Below, one piece after another: positions 27,139 through 36,869 of a DNA stretch of 64,000 bases. The stretch lies in IMG/VR virus record IMGVR_UViG_3300020183_000039, positions 22,570 to 86,569 of that record. One strand, given 5' to 3'. The notes under the pieces are model-generated. The model did not search any database and had not been told where the DNA came from. It saw only the letters and a list, made by a program, of their open reading frames with translations. Source of the stretch: a virus. The stretch's first letter is position 1. The number at the start of each line of letters is the position of its first letter. The position numbers and the translations under genes are program-made.

Positions 27139-30036
27139 TCAAAGCAGTCCTCGCTGCACCATAGAGTACCTTGTCTCGAGCTTCTTCACCCAGCCGAGCT
27201 CGGCCATCTGCTTCATCGAGAACTCCTCGCCATCTGGCTCGTCGTCCCACTGGGACGGGGTCTTGGTGCTCTCGTGGACAGACTTGCGGAGCCGGTCGTC
27301 GATCGCCACGGAGGAGAAGAACGCTCGGCTCAGGGGCACGTCGCACATGCCGACGCCCGCTTGGAACCTCGCCCACGAGTACAGGTGGGCCATCTGGAAC
27401 GCCACCGAGAAAGCTTCAGCCTGCTTCTCGGGGACCATGAACCACGTCTCGTCGTGGATCGACAGGATGAACTGCGCGGAGATCTTGAACCGACGAGCCA
27501 GCCAGTGGGACGCCGTCAGGATCACAGCGAGCATCTCGGCGCCGGAGGACTGGATGGTCCAGTTGATGCGGCCGGTGTGGAAGTCGTCGCCAACAGCCGC
27601 TGGGCGAAGCGCTGTGGAGATCTTCGTTCCGAGACAGGGGAGCTGCGGCACCTTAGTTCGAAGTGCGATGCCCTCCATGTAGTTGTAGCAGCCGCTGTCG
27701 CTGCCGCCCTCGTAGTAGCCATCCGGGCTCTTCTGGCCCTTCTTGAAGGCCAAAGCTCGGTTACCATACTGGCGAAGCTCGTTTGTGCCGCGGTCCTTGA
27801 ACTTTTTCTGGATCGTCCCGGCGATGGTCCGGACCCCTGCGCCATAGAGCATAGCGAAACCGACACCCTTGGCCGTGTCGCGGTCGATGTTGATCGCCTT
27901 AGCGAGCTTGGTGTGAGCATCGGTGCCCTTCTCTTTTGAGCCGGAAAGCACCGTGTGCGCCATCGGAGATGCCCCGATGAACCCGCCCTCCCAAGCGTCC
28001 GCATAGATGCTGGCGATCTGAAGCTCCTGGCCGTCGAAGTCAGCCCCGACGATTTTCCAGCCCGGCGGACATTGGATCCTGGACTTCAGCTCGGTGCCGA
28101 TGCGATGGGACTTCGTGGAGCACATGGTGACCATCAACGACTCGACAGTTCGCCGAGTCACGGTCCCATGAGCGATGATCTCGGGCATCATCATGTTCCA
28201 GTGGTTGCCATACGGGTTGTCAACCTCCAGGAAGATGCGGTCCATGACACGCTTGCGCACAGACGTCCAGTAAGAGGCGGCATTCGCGATCTCCAGAGCG
28301 CGCTTAGCGTCTGGCAATTCGCTGCTAAGCCGCCCTACTTCCATGTCCATGGTAAAGTCTTTCGACAGCAGTTGGCCCACGTTATTGCCATTGCCCTTGG
28401 GATGAGGGATCCGCTGGACCTTGCCGTCCTCGTCTGTGAAGCACCAGCCAAGCTCTTTGGTGTTGATCACCGGGCTGCCCTCCCACTTGAGCTTGAGGAG
28501 CAGATTGGAAAGCTTTGACTTAGTGGTGATTCTCTCGTCAGGGCTAGTGAGAAGCTCGGAGGCCCACTTCGGCTTGAATGCGTACTTGCCGGTGTAACCA
28601 CGAGGAGTCCAGCTGAGCTGTGAGAGCCACGGGTCAGCGGCTACCCAGGCGTCGGAGTTGTGCCTCCAGGCATGACCCTGCTTATCGAAGCCACGAAGAA
28701 CGTCAGTGAACTTCACGGTCTTCTTGCCGCCAAGGCCAGCCAGAGCGATAGCGGTCTCAGGGTCCGTATCGAAGAGCTTCTGCGCCTCGAGAAGATCCTT
28801 ATCAAACTCCTTGTTCCACTCGGCGACGTACCGCTCGACCAGCTTGTGGCAGATGTCGGTCATCTCGCGGTTGTGGTTCTCGAAGACCTTCTCGACCTGC
28901 GCGATCCACTTGGTCCAGTCGGTCGAGACAGGAATGCGCGAGCCATTGAGGAAGTAGTGGCCGGCAAGCCCGACCTTCGAGGGAGTAGCGTCGAGGTACT
29001 TCGGCCAGAGAGCTTGGAACAACTCGGTGGTGTAGAACGCGTCTTTCATCGCGTAGTCGAGTAGGTCGCGCCGCTGAGCCAACTGGTGGATCTCCGTCGC
29101 CTTCACGAAGACGTCTCGGATCTCTTTGTCGGCGTCCCGCATGCGGTGGACCTCCTTGCCGAAATACTCTCGAACCGCCGCAACGTGGAAGTTGTAGACG
29201 TTGACCAGAGCGTTGGTCGAGCCTTCGTCGGCCCAGCGCGGGCGGAAGCGGAGCTTCTTCTTCTCCTCTTCGGTCAGATCCTCTGGGTCCTTGCCCGAGA
29301 GCACGTAGAGCCAGCGTTGCCCTGATGCCAGGCCAGACACGGCGATGTGCGCCGAGAGCGTGTCGAAGTAGAAGTTCTCGGGCTCAGTTCGCTCCAGAGT
29401 GTAGCCATCGCGAGCGCGCACTCGGTCGTAGGAGATGTTGTGGCCGACCACGAAGTTGTCGTCACCGAGCGGGATGAGCCCGTACTGAGTCCACTTGTCA
29501 TGCGGAATGAGCGGATCGCACATCTCAGCGGCCAGCCAGACATACGCTGCTTCAGACGAAAGGCAGGTGCCGATGACCGGAAAGGCTCCGTTGACCACGA
29601 AGGTCTCGGTATCGTACGTGAAGGCGCTCTCAAGCGGGTGAGGCACCGACTCAGTCACCCAGTTGTTGCCCTGCTTGGTGTAGCGGGTCCAGCCAGGTTG
29701 GAACACGAAGTCGTCGTAGCTTGGAACAGCTGGAAGACTGGCTTGAGAGAACTCATTCGCTAGCTCGATGTAGCGATCAACAAATTCCCCGGCCATGAGT
29801 TCGAAGTGCCCTTCGATGCCATCGCCCTGCAGTTCCGGAAAGGGCAGGTCTCCGTCGTAGAGATTGTCCGGGTAGTCTACCGGGACAGGGATCTCGAACC
29901 TACTAAGAAGCCGCCTCGACCGTTCGAGCGTGGAGCTCTTGGGCGCGGGGCGGCTTGCGGAACCGAAGAGCTTTTTGTGGAGGTCACCCTCGAGTACAGG
30001 ATAGCCTTGCTCGTTCAGCTTCATAGACGTTGCCAT
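27139..30036 (-). CDS. Family A DNA polymerase, mitochondrial Pol gamma-like
   Basis: LHKKLFG, PGWTRY, TYDTE (ExoI), VVGHNISYDR (ExoII), DTLSAHIAVSGL, PHPKG..NVG, SYWTS, GTVTRR, IGTELK, VGADFDGQE, RDTAK...YGAG, RINWTIQSSG and SIHDE are all POLG-type motifs. Confidence 0.95.
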   Translation of the reverse strand: MATSMKLNEQGYPVLEGDLHKKLFGSASRPAPKSSTLERSRRLLSRFEIPVPVDYPDNLYDGDLPFPELQGDGIEGHFELMAGEFVDRYIELANEFSQASLPAVPSYDDFVFQPGWTRYTKQGNNWVTESVPHPLESAFTYDTETFVVNGAFPVIGTCLSSEAAYVWLAAEMCDPLIPHDKWTQYGLIPLGDDNFVVGHNISYDRVRARDGYTLERTEPENFYFDTLSAHIAVSGLASGQRWLYVLSGKDPEDLTEEEKKKLRFRPRWADEGSTNALVNVYNFHVAAVREYFGKEVHRMRDADKEIRDVFVKATEIHQLAQRRDLLDYAMKDAFYTTELFQALWPKYLDATPSKVGLAGHYFLNGSRIPVSTDWTKWIAQVEKVFENHNREMTDICHKLVERYVAEWNKEFDKDLLEAQKLFDTDPETAIALAGLGGKKTVKFTDVLRGFDKQGHAWRHNSDAWVAADPWLSQLSWTPRGYTGKYAFKPKWASELLTSPDERITTKSKLSNLLLKLKWEGSPVINTKELGWCFTDEDGKVQRIPHPKGNGNNVGQLLSKDFTMDMEVGRLSSELPDAKRALEIANAASYWTSVRKRVMDRIFLEVDNPYGNHWNMMMPEIIAHGTVTRRTVESLMVTMCSTKSHRIGTELKSRIQCPPGWKIVGADFDGQELQIASIYADAWEGGFIGASPMAHTVLSGSKEKGTDAHTKLAKAINIDRDTAKGVGFAMLYGAGVRTIAGTIQKKFKDRGTNELRQYGNRALAFKKGQKSPDGYYEGGSDSGCYNYMEGIALRTKVPQLPCLGTKISTALRPAAVGDDFHTGRINWTIQSSGAEMLAVILTASHWLARRFKISAQFILSIHDETWFMVPEKQAEAFSVAFQMAHLYSWARFQAGVGMCDVPLSRAFFSSVAIDDRLRKSVHESTKTPSQWDDEPDGEEFSMKQMAELGWVKKLETRYSMVQRGLL

Positions 30037-30058
30037 CTGATAGGTTGTGTTTGCCTTG

Positions 30059-30086
30059 ATTATAGCCTCGACGGTCAGTTGTAAAC
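30059..30086 (-). promoter_or_regulatory. Sigma70-like promoter of the polymerase-kinase-dCMP-modifier operon
   Basis: GTTTACA...TATAAT upstream of ATG 30036 (spacer 15-16 nt). Confidence 0.55.
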
Positions 30087-30251
30087 CGTGAGGAGCCCGT
30101 AGGACCCTTTGCCCTCGCGGAGCTCTTCCGCGATCTCGAAAGCCTGCTCAAGAAGAATCTCGCCTTCGATCTCCATCGAATTAGCAAAAAGCTCGTCGGC
30201 ACGGCTCACAAGGTAGTGAATGCGGTCGACGGCTGAGTCGCGGTAGTCCAT
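30075..30251 (-). CDS. Hypothetical 58-aa protein (paralog of 41666..41935)
   Basis: Hand translation MDYRDSAVDRIHYLVSRADELF...LLEQAFEIAEEL. CATAAT lies upstream. Confidence 0.6.
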   Translation of the reverse strand: MDYRDSAVDRIHYLVSRADELFANSMEIEGEILLEQAFEIAEELREGKGSYGLLTVYN

Positions 30252-30435
30252 GGAAGGGGTCCTGTCTGAGGTATTATGCCTCGAGGAGAGCTAGTGAATA
30301 CTTCGGCTCTTCTCAAAGATTCCTCGGCAGATGTCGATGTCTCTCATCGCTTGCTCGAGAGACTCTGCATTGCCGGCGAAGATTTCGTCCACCGCAGCAC
30401 CGCAATTGAGGACCCAGCGGTACTGGGAGACATGC

Positions 30436-30840
30436 TCACTGAACCAGATCTGGCAAATCGGATGGCTCACGGCGTCGTCCTTTAAGCGCATTTCCGGAGT
30501 CGCGTCTCCAGTTGTAGCCAGATGACAGGTTGACCTTGTCTTCAGGTGGGATGTCCCAGAGGGTTTTACCTATGTCGCCATCGAACAACCCGATATCAAA
30601 GTTGTCGTCAAGCTCTTCGAGGAACTCTCGACGCTCGTTCCACTTCCGGTGTAATCGAAGCCTCCACTTCATGTACTCGTCTCTGGCTCGTCGACTCTTA
30701 GTCGCTTTCCACTGAGAGTACCAGTTCTCGAGCGCGCTCACGATGCCGATTCCGGCTTTCATCTTGAGCTGCCCCAGTTTCTTCTGGTTGGAGTTGGTCT
30801 CTTCAGCCCACTCCTCGAGTCCCCGGATGTTGCTAGTCAA
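30436..30840 (-). CDS. Hypothetical protein
   Basis: 134-aa ORF coupled to the upstream gene. Confidence 0.55.
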   Translation of the reverse strand: MTSNIRGLEEWAEETNSNQKKLGQLKMKAGIGIVSALENWYSQWKATKSRRARDEYMKWRLRLHRKWNERREFLEELDDNFDIGLFDGDIGKTLWDIPPEDKVNLSSGYNWRRDSGNALKGRRREPSDLPDLVQ

Positions 30841-31681
30841 GGTCCGCCTCCAGACGAGTAGTTATGGCCTGTTTGTTGAGCTCTGGGATGCCACTTCCCT
30901 CCCTGACGTCATCTCTGTACCTCTCGATGTTCTCCATTGCGTCGAACACCAGAGGGAAGCTGAGAGCCCGGTTAGCAGGGAAGTCCCGCCAGGCTATCAT
31001 TTCAGCAAGAGTGTAAGGTGAATCTTCTTCCCAAGCCTCGTCTCTGGCACCATACAGGAGCGGGAGGCCGTCATTGACCCACCACTCCCGAACGATGGGG
31101 ACGTACTTGTCCCAAGTACCAGGTTCGACAAGCGATAGTTTGCACTCCTCGCGGAACGCTTTGACGTAGTGGCGCCCGCGCTTGACGACTTCTACCGCGC
31201 TCGGAGGTACCTCCTCGAGGATATAGGCCTCCTCGCCGCTCATGACCCTTTCGTAGACAGACGGGAAGAGGATCGCCTGAGATATCAACTCGAAGTCGGG
31301 AGCAGTATCGCCCTGCTTCGACCAGTTAGATATGTTGAAGAGGATCGAATCGAAGATCGCCACTGTGCGGGCTTTCTTCACGGCCTCGGTCGTCACCGTG
31401 GTCTTGGCTGCCGTGGCATTGGCCTTCTCGAGCTCGGCCTCTAGCTCCTGGATGCGCCTCTGGAGCTTTCGATTCTCAGTCGTCGCAGCCCGCTCGACTT
31501 TGGCTTTGTAGGCGTCTAGACCTTGCCCGATCTTGTCGGCCGCGATCGTCATCTTGCCCATGTGCTCTTCGAGCTTCTGCACCCAGAGGTTGAACGAGTT
31601 CTCGAGCTTCTTGATGTCCGCCACCATCTCATCCTTCTGAGTGTTGAGGCGGTTAAGCTCGTAGTCGATCCAGTGGTGCAT
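30833..31681 (-). CDS. Hypothetical protein with N-terminal coiled coil
   Basis: 282-aa ORF with heptad-rich N-terminus. Confidence 0.65.
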   Translation of the reverse strand: MHHWIDYELNRLNTQKDEMVADIKKLENSFNLWVQKLEEHMGKMTIAADKIGQGLDAYKAKVERAATTENRKLQRRIQELEAELEKANATAAKTTVTTEAVKKARTVAIFDSILFNISNWSKQGDTAPDFELISQAILFPSVYERVMSGEEAYILEEVPPSAVEVVKRGRHYVKAFREECKLSLVEPGTWDKYVPIVREWWVNDGLPLLYGARDEAWEEDSPYTLAEMIAWRDFPANRALSFPLVFDAMENIERYRDDVREGSGIPELNKQAITTRLEADLD

Positions 31682-31705
31682 CAGAGTTGGTTCCTGTTTG
31701 GTGTA

Positions 31706-32311
31706 TTATGCTACCAAGGACGCCCCGGTAGATTTAGATTCCAAGCCGCAACCTCTATCGCTTCGCGTCGACAAAGCCCCTGCTGACGAGCTACGCGGTA
31801 ACGGGTCTCGTACTGCCTCTCTTTTCCTAAGCTTCTGGCTGTCTCCCAGAACGCTCGGCAACGGTTGTCCAATTCGCCATCCATGGCGGTGGTACCTGAC
31901 AAGAAAGCCTTTGAGGGCTCCGTCGTTGACCTCGTCGGGAAGTGGCCTGTGCCCCTTAACGAAAATCCTCCACGAGTCGAAGGCGTATTGCCCACAACCG
32001 TAGAGGCTTCGGGGATCTTTTCGATCCCATTCAATGTACTGCTCCGACATCTTTCTGAGCCGCTTGGCCTTGACGTTCGAGAAACCGTGAGGCTTCAGTA
32101 GTTCCTCAAGCGAGGAATCTGAAGACGCGAGCTCTGCGGCGATCGGCCATCTTTCGAACAAACTTTCTAAGCAGATGTCCCAGGCCTCTGTCCTGCGGCT
32201 CTGATTTAGCAGGATGGCTGAGACAAGGATGTGCCATTCGGTCGGGAGAGACTCTTGGATGAGCCACTCTCTTGCGTAGGAACTCGAGAGGGGCGGGTTG
32301 GTTTCCGACAT
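31706..32311 (-). CDS. MBD4-like HhH DNA glycosylase (T:G/U:G mismatch type)
   Basis: LIQE..WHILVSAILLN...WP...ELLKPHG...AK.L..MSEQY...LYGCGQYAFDSWRIF parallels the MBD4 glycosylase domain (LVQE...LHGIGKYGNDSYRIF). Catalytic Asp retained. Confidence 0.85.
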   Translation of the reverse strand: MSETNPPLSSSYAREWLIQESLPTEWHILVSAILLNQSRRTEAWDICLESLFERWPIAAELASSDSSLEELLKPHGFSNVKAKRLRKMSEQYIEWDRKDPRSLYGCGQYAFDSWRIFVKGHRPLPDEVNDGALKGFLVRYHRHGWRIGQPLPSVLGDSQKLRKREAVRDPLPRSSSAGALSTRSDRGCGLESKSTGASLVA

Positions 32312-32326
32312 CGAATTTGCTTCGTT

Positions 32327-32890
32327 TCACTTCACGCGTCGTACTGATGCTTTGAGCTGGTCCGCGTTGAGGTCTACCACTTCGACCCTGAAATCGAAAA
32401 GCTTCTCGGGATCCGAGAGGAGGTGGAACTGGCCGGAGAAGCAGTCGTTCTCTGAGTCGCGGAGGAACTCGTTAGCGGGAGTCGGAGGCTCGCAGAGCGC
32501 GATGTCTCCAGCAACCTCGGGAGCGGCCTCCTCGATCGCGCGGATCAGGCGAGCGTTGATCGTCGAGGTGATCGCGAACTCTTCCTCAGTCTTGATCGAG
32601 GAGTAGTATTGCTCGTCCTCACTTGGGTGAAGCTCGATGGCATTGCCATTCTGGAGGATCACCTGGACCACCCGCTCGTCCTCGGGCTTCAATCGAAAGC
32701 ACACCTCGGGAGATCCGAACTCGGCATCTTCCTCGCAGTCCGCTTCGAGAATGCGAATCTCGATCAGGTCGTAGAAGGCGCCAGCAAGAGTCTCCCAGTC
32801 CGGACCATCAAGGATCTTGGCGATAGCCATGAAGATCTTCGGGTTGGCCAGCAGTCGCTCCGTGGGGTAGATGATCTGCGTTGTATCCAT
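32327..32890 (-). CDS. Acidic hypothetical protein, probably late-expressed
   Basis: Start set at ATG 32890, 29 nt below a GGTAAAA motif. Confidence 0.6.
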   Translation of the reverse strand: MDTTQIIYPTERLLANPKIFMAIAKILDGPDWETLAGAFYDLIEIRILEADCEEDAEFGSPEVCFRLKPEDERVVQVILQNGNAIELHPSEDEQYYSSIKTEEEFAITSTINARLIRAIEEAAPEVAGDIALCEPPTPANEFLRDSENDCFSGQFHLLSDPEKLFDFRVEVVDLNADQLKASVRRVK

Positions 32891-32933
32891 GAACTCCACA
32901 GGAGGCTTCACGGATTGATTTTACCAATCTAGA

Positions 32934-33632
32934 TCAGAAGTAGATCAACTGCCGGTCTTCGATTCTGTAGACAGGCAGGCGCCCGCCCTCGTTGCCGCAA
33001 GAGCCATCGAGTACGATCGAAGAGTCGCTGATGTGTACGCAGTGGTAGTGGCCAGCAACGCGTGTCCACGGGAAAGTCTTGTCGGTTTCCCACCAACGAA
33101 CGCGCTGCCCGGTCGCGTGGTCGATCTTGCCGTAGAGCATCATGCCGCGAGCCTTGGAGTTAGTGTCCTCGTAGAGCACAGGTCGTGCCATGGCTTCGTT
33201 GATCTCCCCGCCGATCCAGCTAGGGAAATAGGCGTGAGCCGCTCTGTACTCTCTCAAGCGAGAATCTTTGAAGATGTAGCCGTAGTAAGCTTTGGACAGC
33301 CAGGTCCGGATCTCCTCGCGGTCGATGTTCGTATCGTCGAACTCCTTGATCGTGCGTGCCAGCCCTGGCGTCTTAACCAGATCGACCGGGTTGCCCTTGT
33401 AGAACCGGAGGAGCTTGTCCTGGTGGTTCGAATGGATGACCACGGCCCCGAACGCGTCCTGGAAGGTGCGCACTAGGCCGTAGACCTCAGCGGTCTCGGA
33501 CGTGTTACAGCGTGAGTCGAACAGGTCACCGAGGAGGATGACGAGGCAGTCCGGGATCTGAGCCGCGTACTCTAGAGCTTTCTCCAGCGGGCGCGCTTGC
33601 GAGTGCACGTCGCCGATGATCAAAGTTTCCAT
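32934..33632 (-). CDS. Metallophosphoesterase (Pnkp phosphatase-like)
   Basis: IGDVH, LGDLFD, SNH, AHA, GHYH, LDG motifs. Start overlaps the kinase stop (TGATG). Confidence 0.8.
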   Translation of the reverse strand: METLIIGDVHSQARPLEKALEYAAQIPDCLVILLGDLFDSRCNTSETAEVYGLVRTFQDAFGAVVIHSNHQDKLLRFYKGNPVDLVKTPGLARTIKEFDDTNIDREEIRTWLSKAYYGYIFKDSRLREYRAAHAYFPSWIGGEINEAMARPVLYEDTNSKARGMMLYGKIDHATGQRVRWWETDKTFPWTRVAGHYHCVHISDSSIVLDGSCGNEGGRLPVYRIEDRQLIYF

Positions 33633-34081
33633 CAGATGCGTATCGTGGCGGTGAAGCCCTCTTTGTCGATAGACGAGAGCTGGGATTTCAGGATGCACCA
33701 CATGTTCTCCACCACGTGGTCTGGCACCTCGCGGTCCCGAGCCGAGTTGCGGGCCAAGCACTCTTCAAGAGTGGCGTCGACGACCACCCCGATCACGGTC
33801 TCGTACCCGGAGCGTCGTAACAGGTTGATCGCCTCGCGGCGGTAGGAGGTCCTGTAGTGGGTCGCGTCTAAGATAACGGGGTTACCTACGTTAGTGCTGA
33901 CCTTGCGTTCTAGGACCTTCTTGATCTCCGCCCAGTCGCCCTGGATCCTCTCCGACCCGTAGAGCTCCTCTCGGATCGTGTCGGTCGAAACGACAAGAGC
34001 CCCGACTACGTCAGCCAGGACTCTAGCACGTGTGGTCTTGCCAGAGCCCGGGGCCCCGATCATGACATACGCGGCGGTCAT
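33632..34081 (-). CDS. Polynucleotide-kinase-like P-loop kinase (AAA_33)
   Basis: GAPGSGKTT, STDTIR, ILDATH, ECLARN..R.REVP. Confidence 0.85.
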   Translation of the reverse strand: MTAAYVMIGAPGSGKTTRARVLADVVGALVVSTDTIREELYGSERIQGDWAEIKKVLERKVSTNVGNPVILDATHYRTSYRREAINLLRRSGYETVIGVVVDATLEECLARNSARDREVPDHVVENMWCILKSQLSSIDKEGFTATIRI

Positions 34082-34149
34082 CTTGTTCCTTTATGCCATT
34101 CCAATTCTATCCGAGTCTGACTTAAGCAAACCTGGCTTGTACCGGCTGA

Positions 34150-34893
34150 TCAAGTGGTTTCTCTGAGAGCGATACCGGTGATGATGCCAGTGAAGAAAGA
34201 GCCCGTATCGATCCTTAGCACGTCTCCGGTCTTCGTCTCGTAGACCACTGGCTCTCCGTTGCGGCAGATCGTGTGCCCGTGCACTGTCAGATAGTCTTTG
34301 CCGTAGCCTTCGACATGGCGATCCCAGATCAGAACCTCTGGATCTTGCTCGTCAAGCGGGACCCCGGACTCGACCGAAGCGTGGCTCACGAGAAGCTTTC
34401 GAGGCTCGTCGTGCTCCCACTCGATCTCAGAAGGATGCTCGTAGTAGAGCGGAAGAGTCTCCAGCCATGACCACATGTCGGTATCGGTCATGAAGTCGAA
34501 GTTCTCCTTCGTGCCGCCATTCTGCTTCCAGAGCTGGTATTTGCCTTTGGCCAGCCGGAACGGATTGCCCTGGACGTGTTCGTCTTTGGACTCCTTGTAA
34601 GCGTCCAGTGCCATCTGCTCGTGGTTGCCGCGGACTACGTGCACAGCTTTGAGCCCGTACGACTTGGGCTTCTCGTGGATAGCGCGCACCGTGCGAAGCA
34701 CAACGTCACTGTCGTCACCTCGGTCGATCAAGTCGCCAGTGAAGACCAGCGTGCATCTAGTACCATAAACCTGGGCTAGTATCTGACGAAGAGCGTCAGC
34801 GCAACCATGGATGTCACCGATGACCACGACGGATTTGTCGTCGAGCTTGTGATCGGCTAGAAGGACACCTTGCTGTTGGAGTTGGTTTTCCAT
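34150..34893 (-). CDS. PPP-family/ApaH-like metallophosphatase
   Basis: IGDIHG, GDLIDRG, RGNHE, W..NGG, VHGHT, IDTG. Confidence 0.85.
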   Translation of the reverse strand: MENQLQQQGVLLADHKLDDKSVVVIGDIHGCADALRQILAQVYGTRCTLVFTGDLIDRGDDSDVVLRTVRAIHEKPKSYGLKAVHVVRGNHEQMALDAYKESKDEHVQGNPFRLAKGKYQLWKQNGGTKENFDFMTDTDMWSWLETLPLYYEHPSEIEWEHDEPRKLLVSHASVESGVPLDEQDPEVLIWDRHVEGYGKDYLTVHGHTICRNGEPVVYETKTGDVLRIDTGSFFTGIITGIALRETT

Positions 34894-35576
34894 GGGTCCA
34901 TCATAAACTATAAAGGAGCCATTAAGGAGCAAAGTGAATCAATCCGGGAACTGGTCACCTTTGCCACTTAGACTTTTGGCAAAGAGTTCGGTCCACTCCT
35001 CGAGCTCTTCGGTTCGCATGACCGTGAGACCATTGTCTTGGATCAGGTCGTGGAGCTGCTGGACTCTGTCCAGCTCTTCTTGAGTGATCATAATGTCTCT
35101 CATGCGCACAGTCCGTGGTCGGTCGCGTAGCGCCCCTTGTCTCCCTTCTTCAGTCGAAGAGCAAGCATCAGGGAGTCTTCGGCCGAAAGGCTTCTTACCT
35201 CCCCGATGTACTCACCGAAAGGATCCCTAACGCGGACGACGTGGACCGAGCGGCCGCCTGAGCCGCCCAGAGTCCCGTCTTCGTAGAGCTCGAAGATGTA
35301 GCCTGTCATTGACCTCCTTTGTGGTCCTATATGTTCATTCTATACCCGAGCCGAGCAACCGTAAACAACTCTACTGCAATGTGGTCGCCATCTCGAGGGC
35401 GATGCGGCGAAGATCGTCGGACGTCATGTGCTCGAGCCCAGCTTCGTCCATGATGTCCGCGGTCTTCTTCAGGTACGAGATGAGCGAATCGAGGATAGCG
35501 TTGCTCAGGTGCTGCTCGAGCAGTTTCTCGAGCTCCTGCTGAGTGTAGCCAGGTGGAGCGATGATTTGAACTTCGC

Positions 35577-35975
35577 TCATTTGTCTACGTTGAAGACTGG
35601 AGCAGGGATGCTTCCTTGGCTTGGGATCATGTACACGGTCTTGTTACCATTCTTGTTACCCTCTTCAAGGCCCGTGATCCAAAGATATGACAGGTAGTCG
35701 CGGTTGCCCTTGAGGCTATCGCCGATGATCTGGTTGGCCTGAGCGACACCTTTGGCACGTTCGACCTCGGCCTGAGCAAGCTCTTTGGCAGAGTCGAGCT
35801 TGGCCTTGGCCTCGAGCACGGCCACTTGACGGGTGAACTCGGCCTCCTGGAGCTGAGCTTTACCGCTGAGGGTCTTGGTGTACACGCCGTACTGTGGCAA
35901 GCCGAAAGCCAAGCCGCCGACGACGATGGCACCAAGCAGGCCGATGATGATCGCGCTAGACTCGTCGTTTCGCAT
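35577..35975 (-). CDS. Membrane-anchored coiled-coil protein (band-7-related phage family)
   Basis: N-terminal hydrophobic helix followed by AEVERAKGVAQANQIIGDSL. Confidence 0.6.
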   Translation of the reverse strand: MRNDESSAIIIGLLGAIVVGGLAFGLPQYGVYTKTLSGKAQLQEAEFTRQVAVLEAKAKLDSAKELAQAEVERAKGVAQANQIIGDSLKGNRDYLSYLWITGLEEGNKNGNKTVYMIPSQGSIPAPVFNVDK

Positions 35976-36239
35976 TAGTCTTGTGGGTTGTTGTGGACTA
36001 GCAGGTGGTTGAGGAATGCAGCCGAGAAGGCCGAAGCAATCCAAAGAAGGAAGAAGCTCATTCCCAGAACCGATCTCCTAAGCCAAGGGCCATAACCATT
36101 GTAGCATAATCACCCTCAGAAGTAAACCCGGAAGCCGCCCATCGATCGTAGGCGCACTTGTAGACGAAACCCCAGAGCTGCTGCTTCTTGGTCATCTGGT
36201 ACCTCTCAGCCGCGATGCGGGCCTTGTTGATCGTGTCCA

Positions 36240-36869
36240 TCAGATGTCGAGGTCGACGTAGGATAGCTCTCCGAGGCCGATGAACTCGACCCCGTCGAAC
36301 ACGGTGTGGTGATCGAAGTGCCAGTGCCCGTGGATCCAGAGCTCTGGCTTGTGCACGTAGAGCAGGTTGTCGAAGAACTGCCGTGTGACGCTGGGGATGT
36401 CGTACTTGTACTTGTTCTTCACGCTAAGGACGTGGTTCACCATGGTCTCGGGGCACTCGTGGGAGACAACGACCTTCGGACGAGCCTCCTCGTAAGCGTC
36501 CATGAGCGTGAGAAACTCCGAGTAGCTGAGCTCTTCGTCGGCCCACCAGTCCCAGCCCTCCGTGCGAAGATGCTTGTCAATCGACAGAGCACCGCCAACA
36601 CAGAACACGGAATCGTCAACCAACGCACCGTCAGGGATCCAACACTGATGAGAACGGCACTGCGAGGGGTTATCATGGTTGCCTCGGATGAACTTGTGGT
36701 CGCCCTTGGACATGGCGTCAAAAGGCGGGCGGGAGTAGATTTCGGTACGAGGGTTGTAGAACCCTATGCCGAGGTCGCCCACTTGGATCGAGCGAGGGAC
36801 ATCCTTGATGAGCTTCTTGTAGCGAGTCCACTTGCCGTGGACATCACCGATGAAGCGGATAGTGGTCAT
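36240..36869 (-). CDS. Metallophosphoesterase
   Basis: IGDVHG, QVGDLG, RGNHDN, GGALSID, SHECP, HGHWH. Confidence 0.85.
   Translation of the reverse strand: MTTIRFIGDVHGKWTRYKKLIKDVPRSIQVGDLGIGFYNPRTEIYSRPPFDAMSKGDHKFIRGNHDNPSQCRSHQCWIPDGALVDDSVFCVGGALSIDKHLRTEGWDWWADEELSYSEFLTLMDAYEEARPKVVVSHECPETMVNHVLSVKNKYKYDIPSVTRQFFDNLLYVHKPELWIHGHWHFDHHTVFDGVEFIGLGELSYVDLDI

Noticed and set aside
27139-30036. Intein or intron in the polymerase
   Set aside because: The frame is continuous with no splice or LAGLIDADG motifs. The long middle region fits the POLG spacer.
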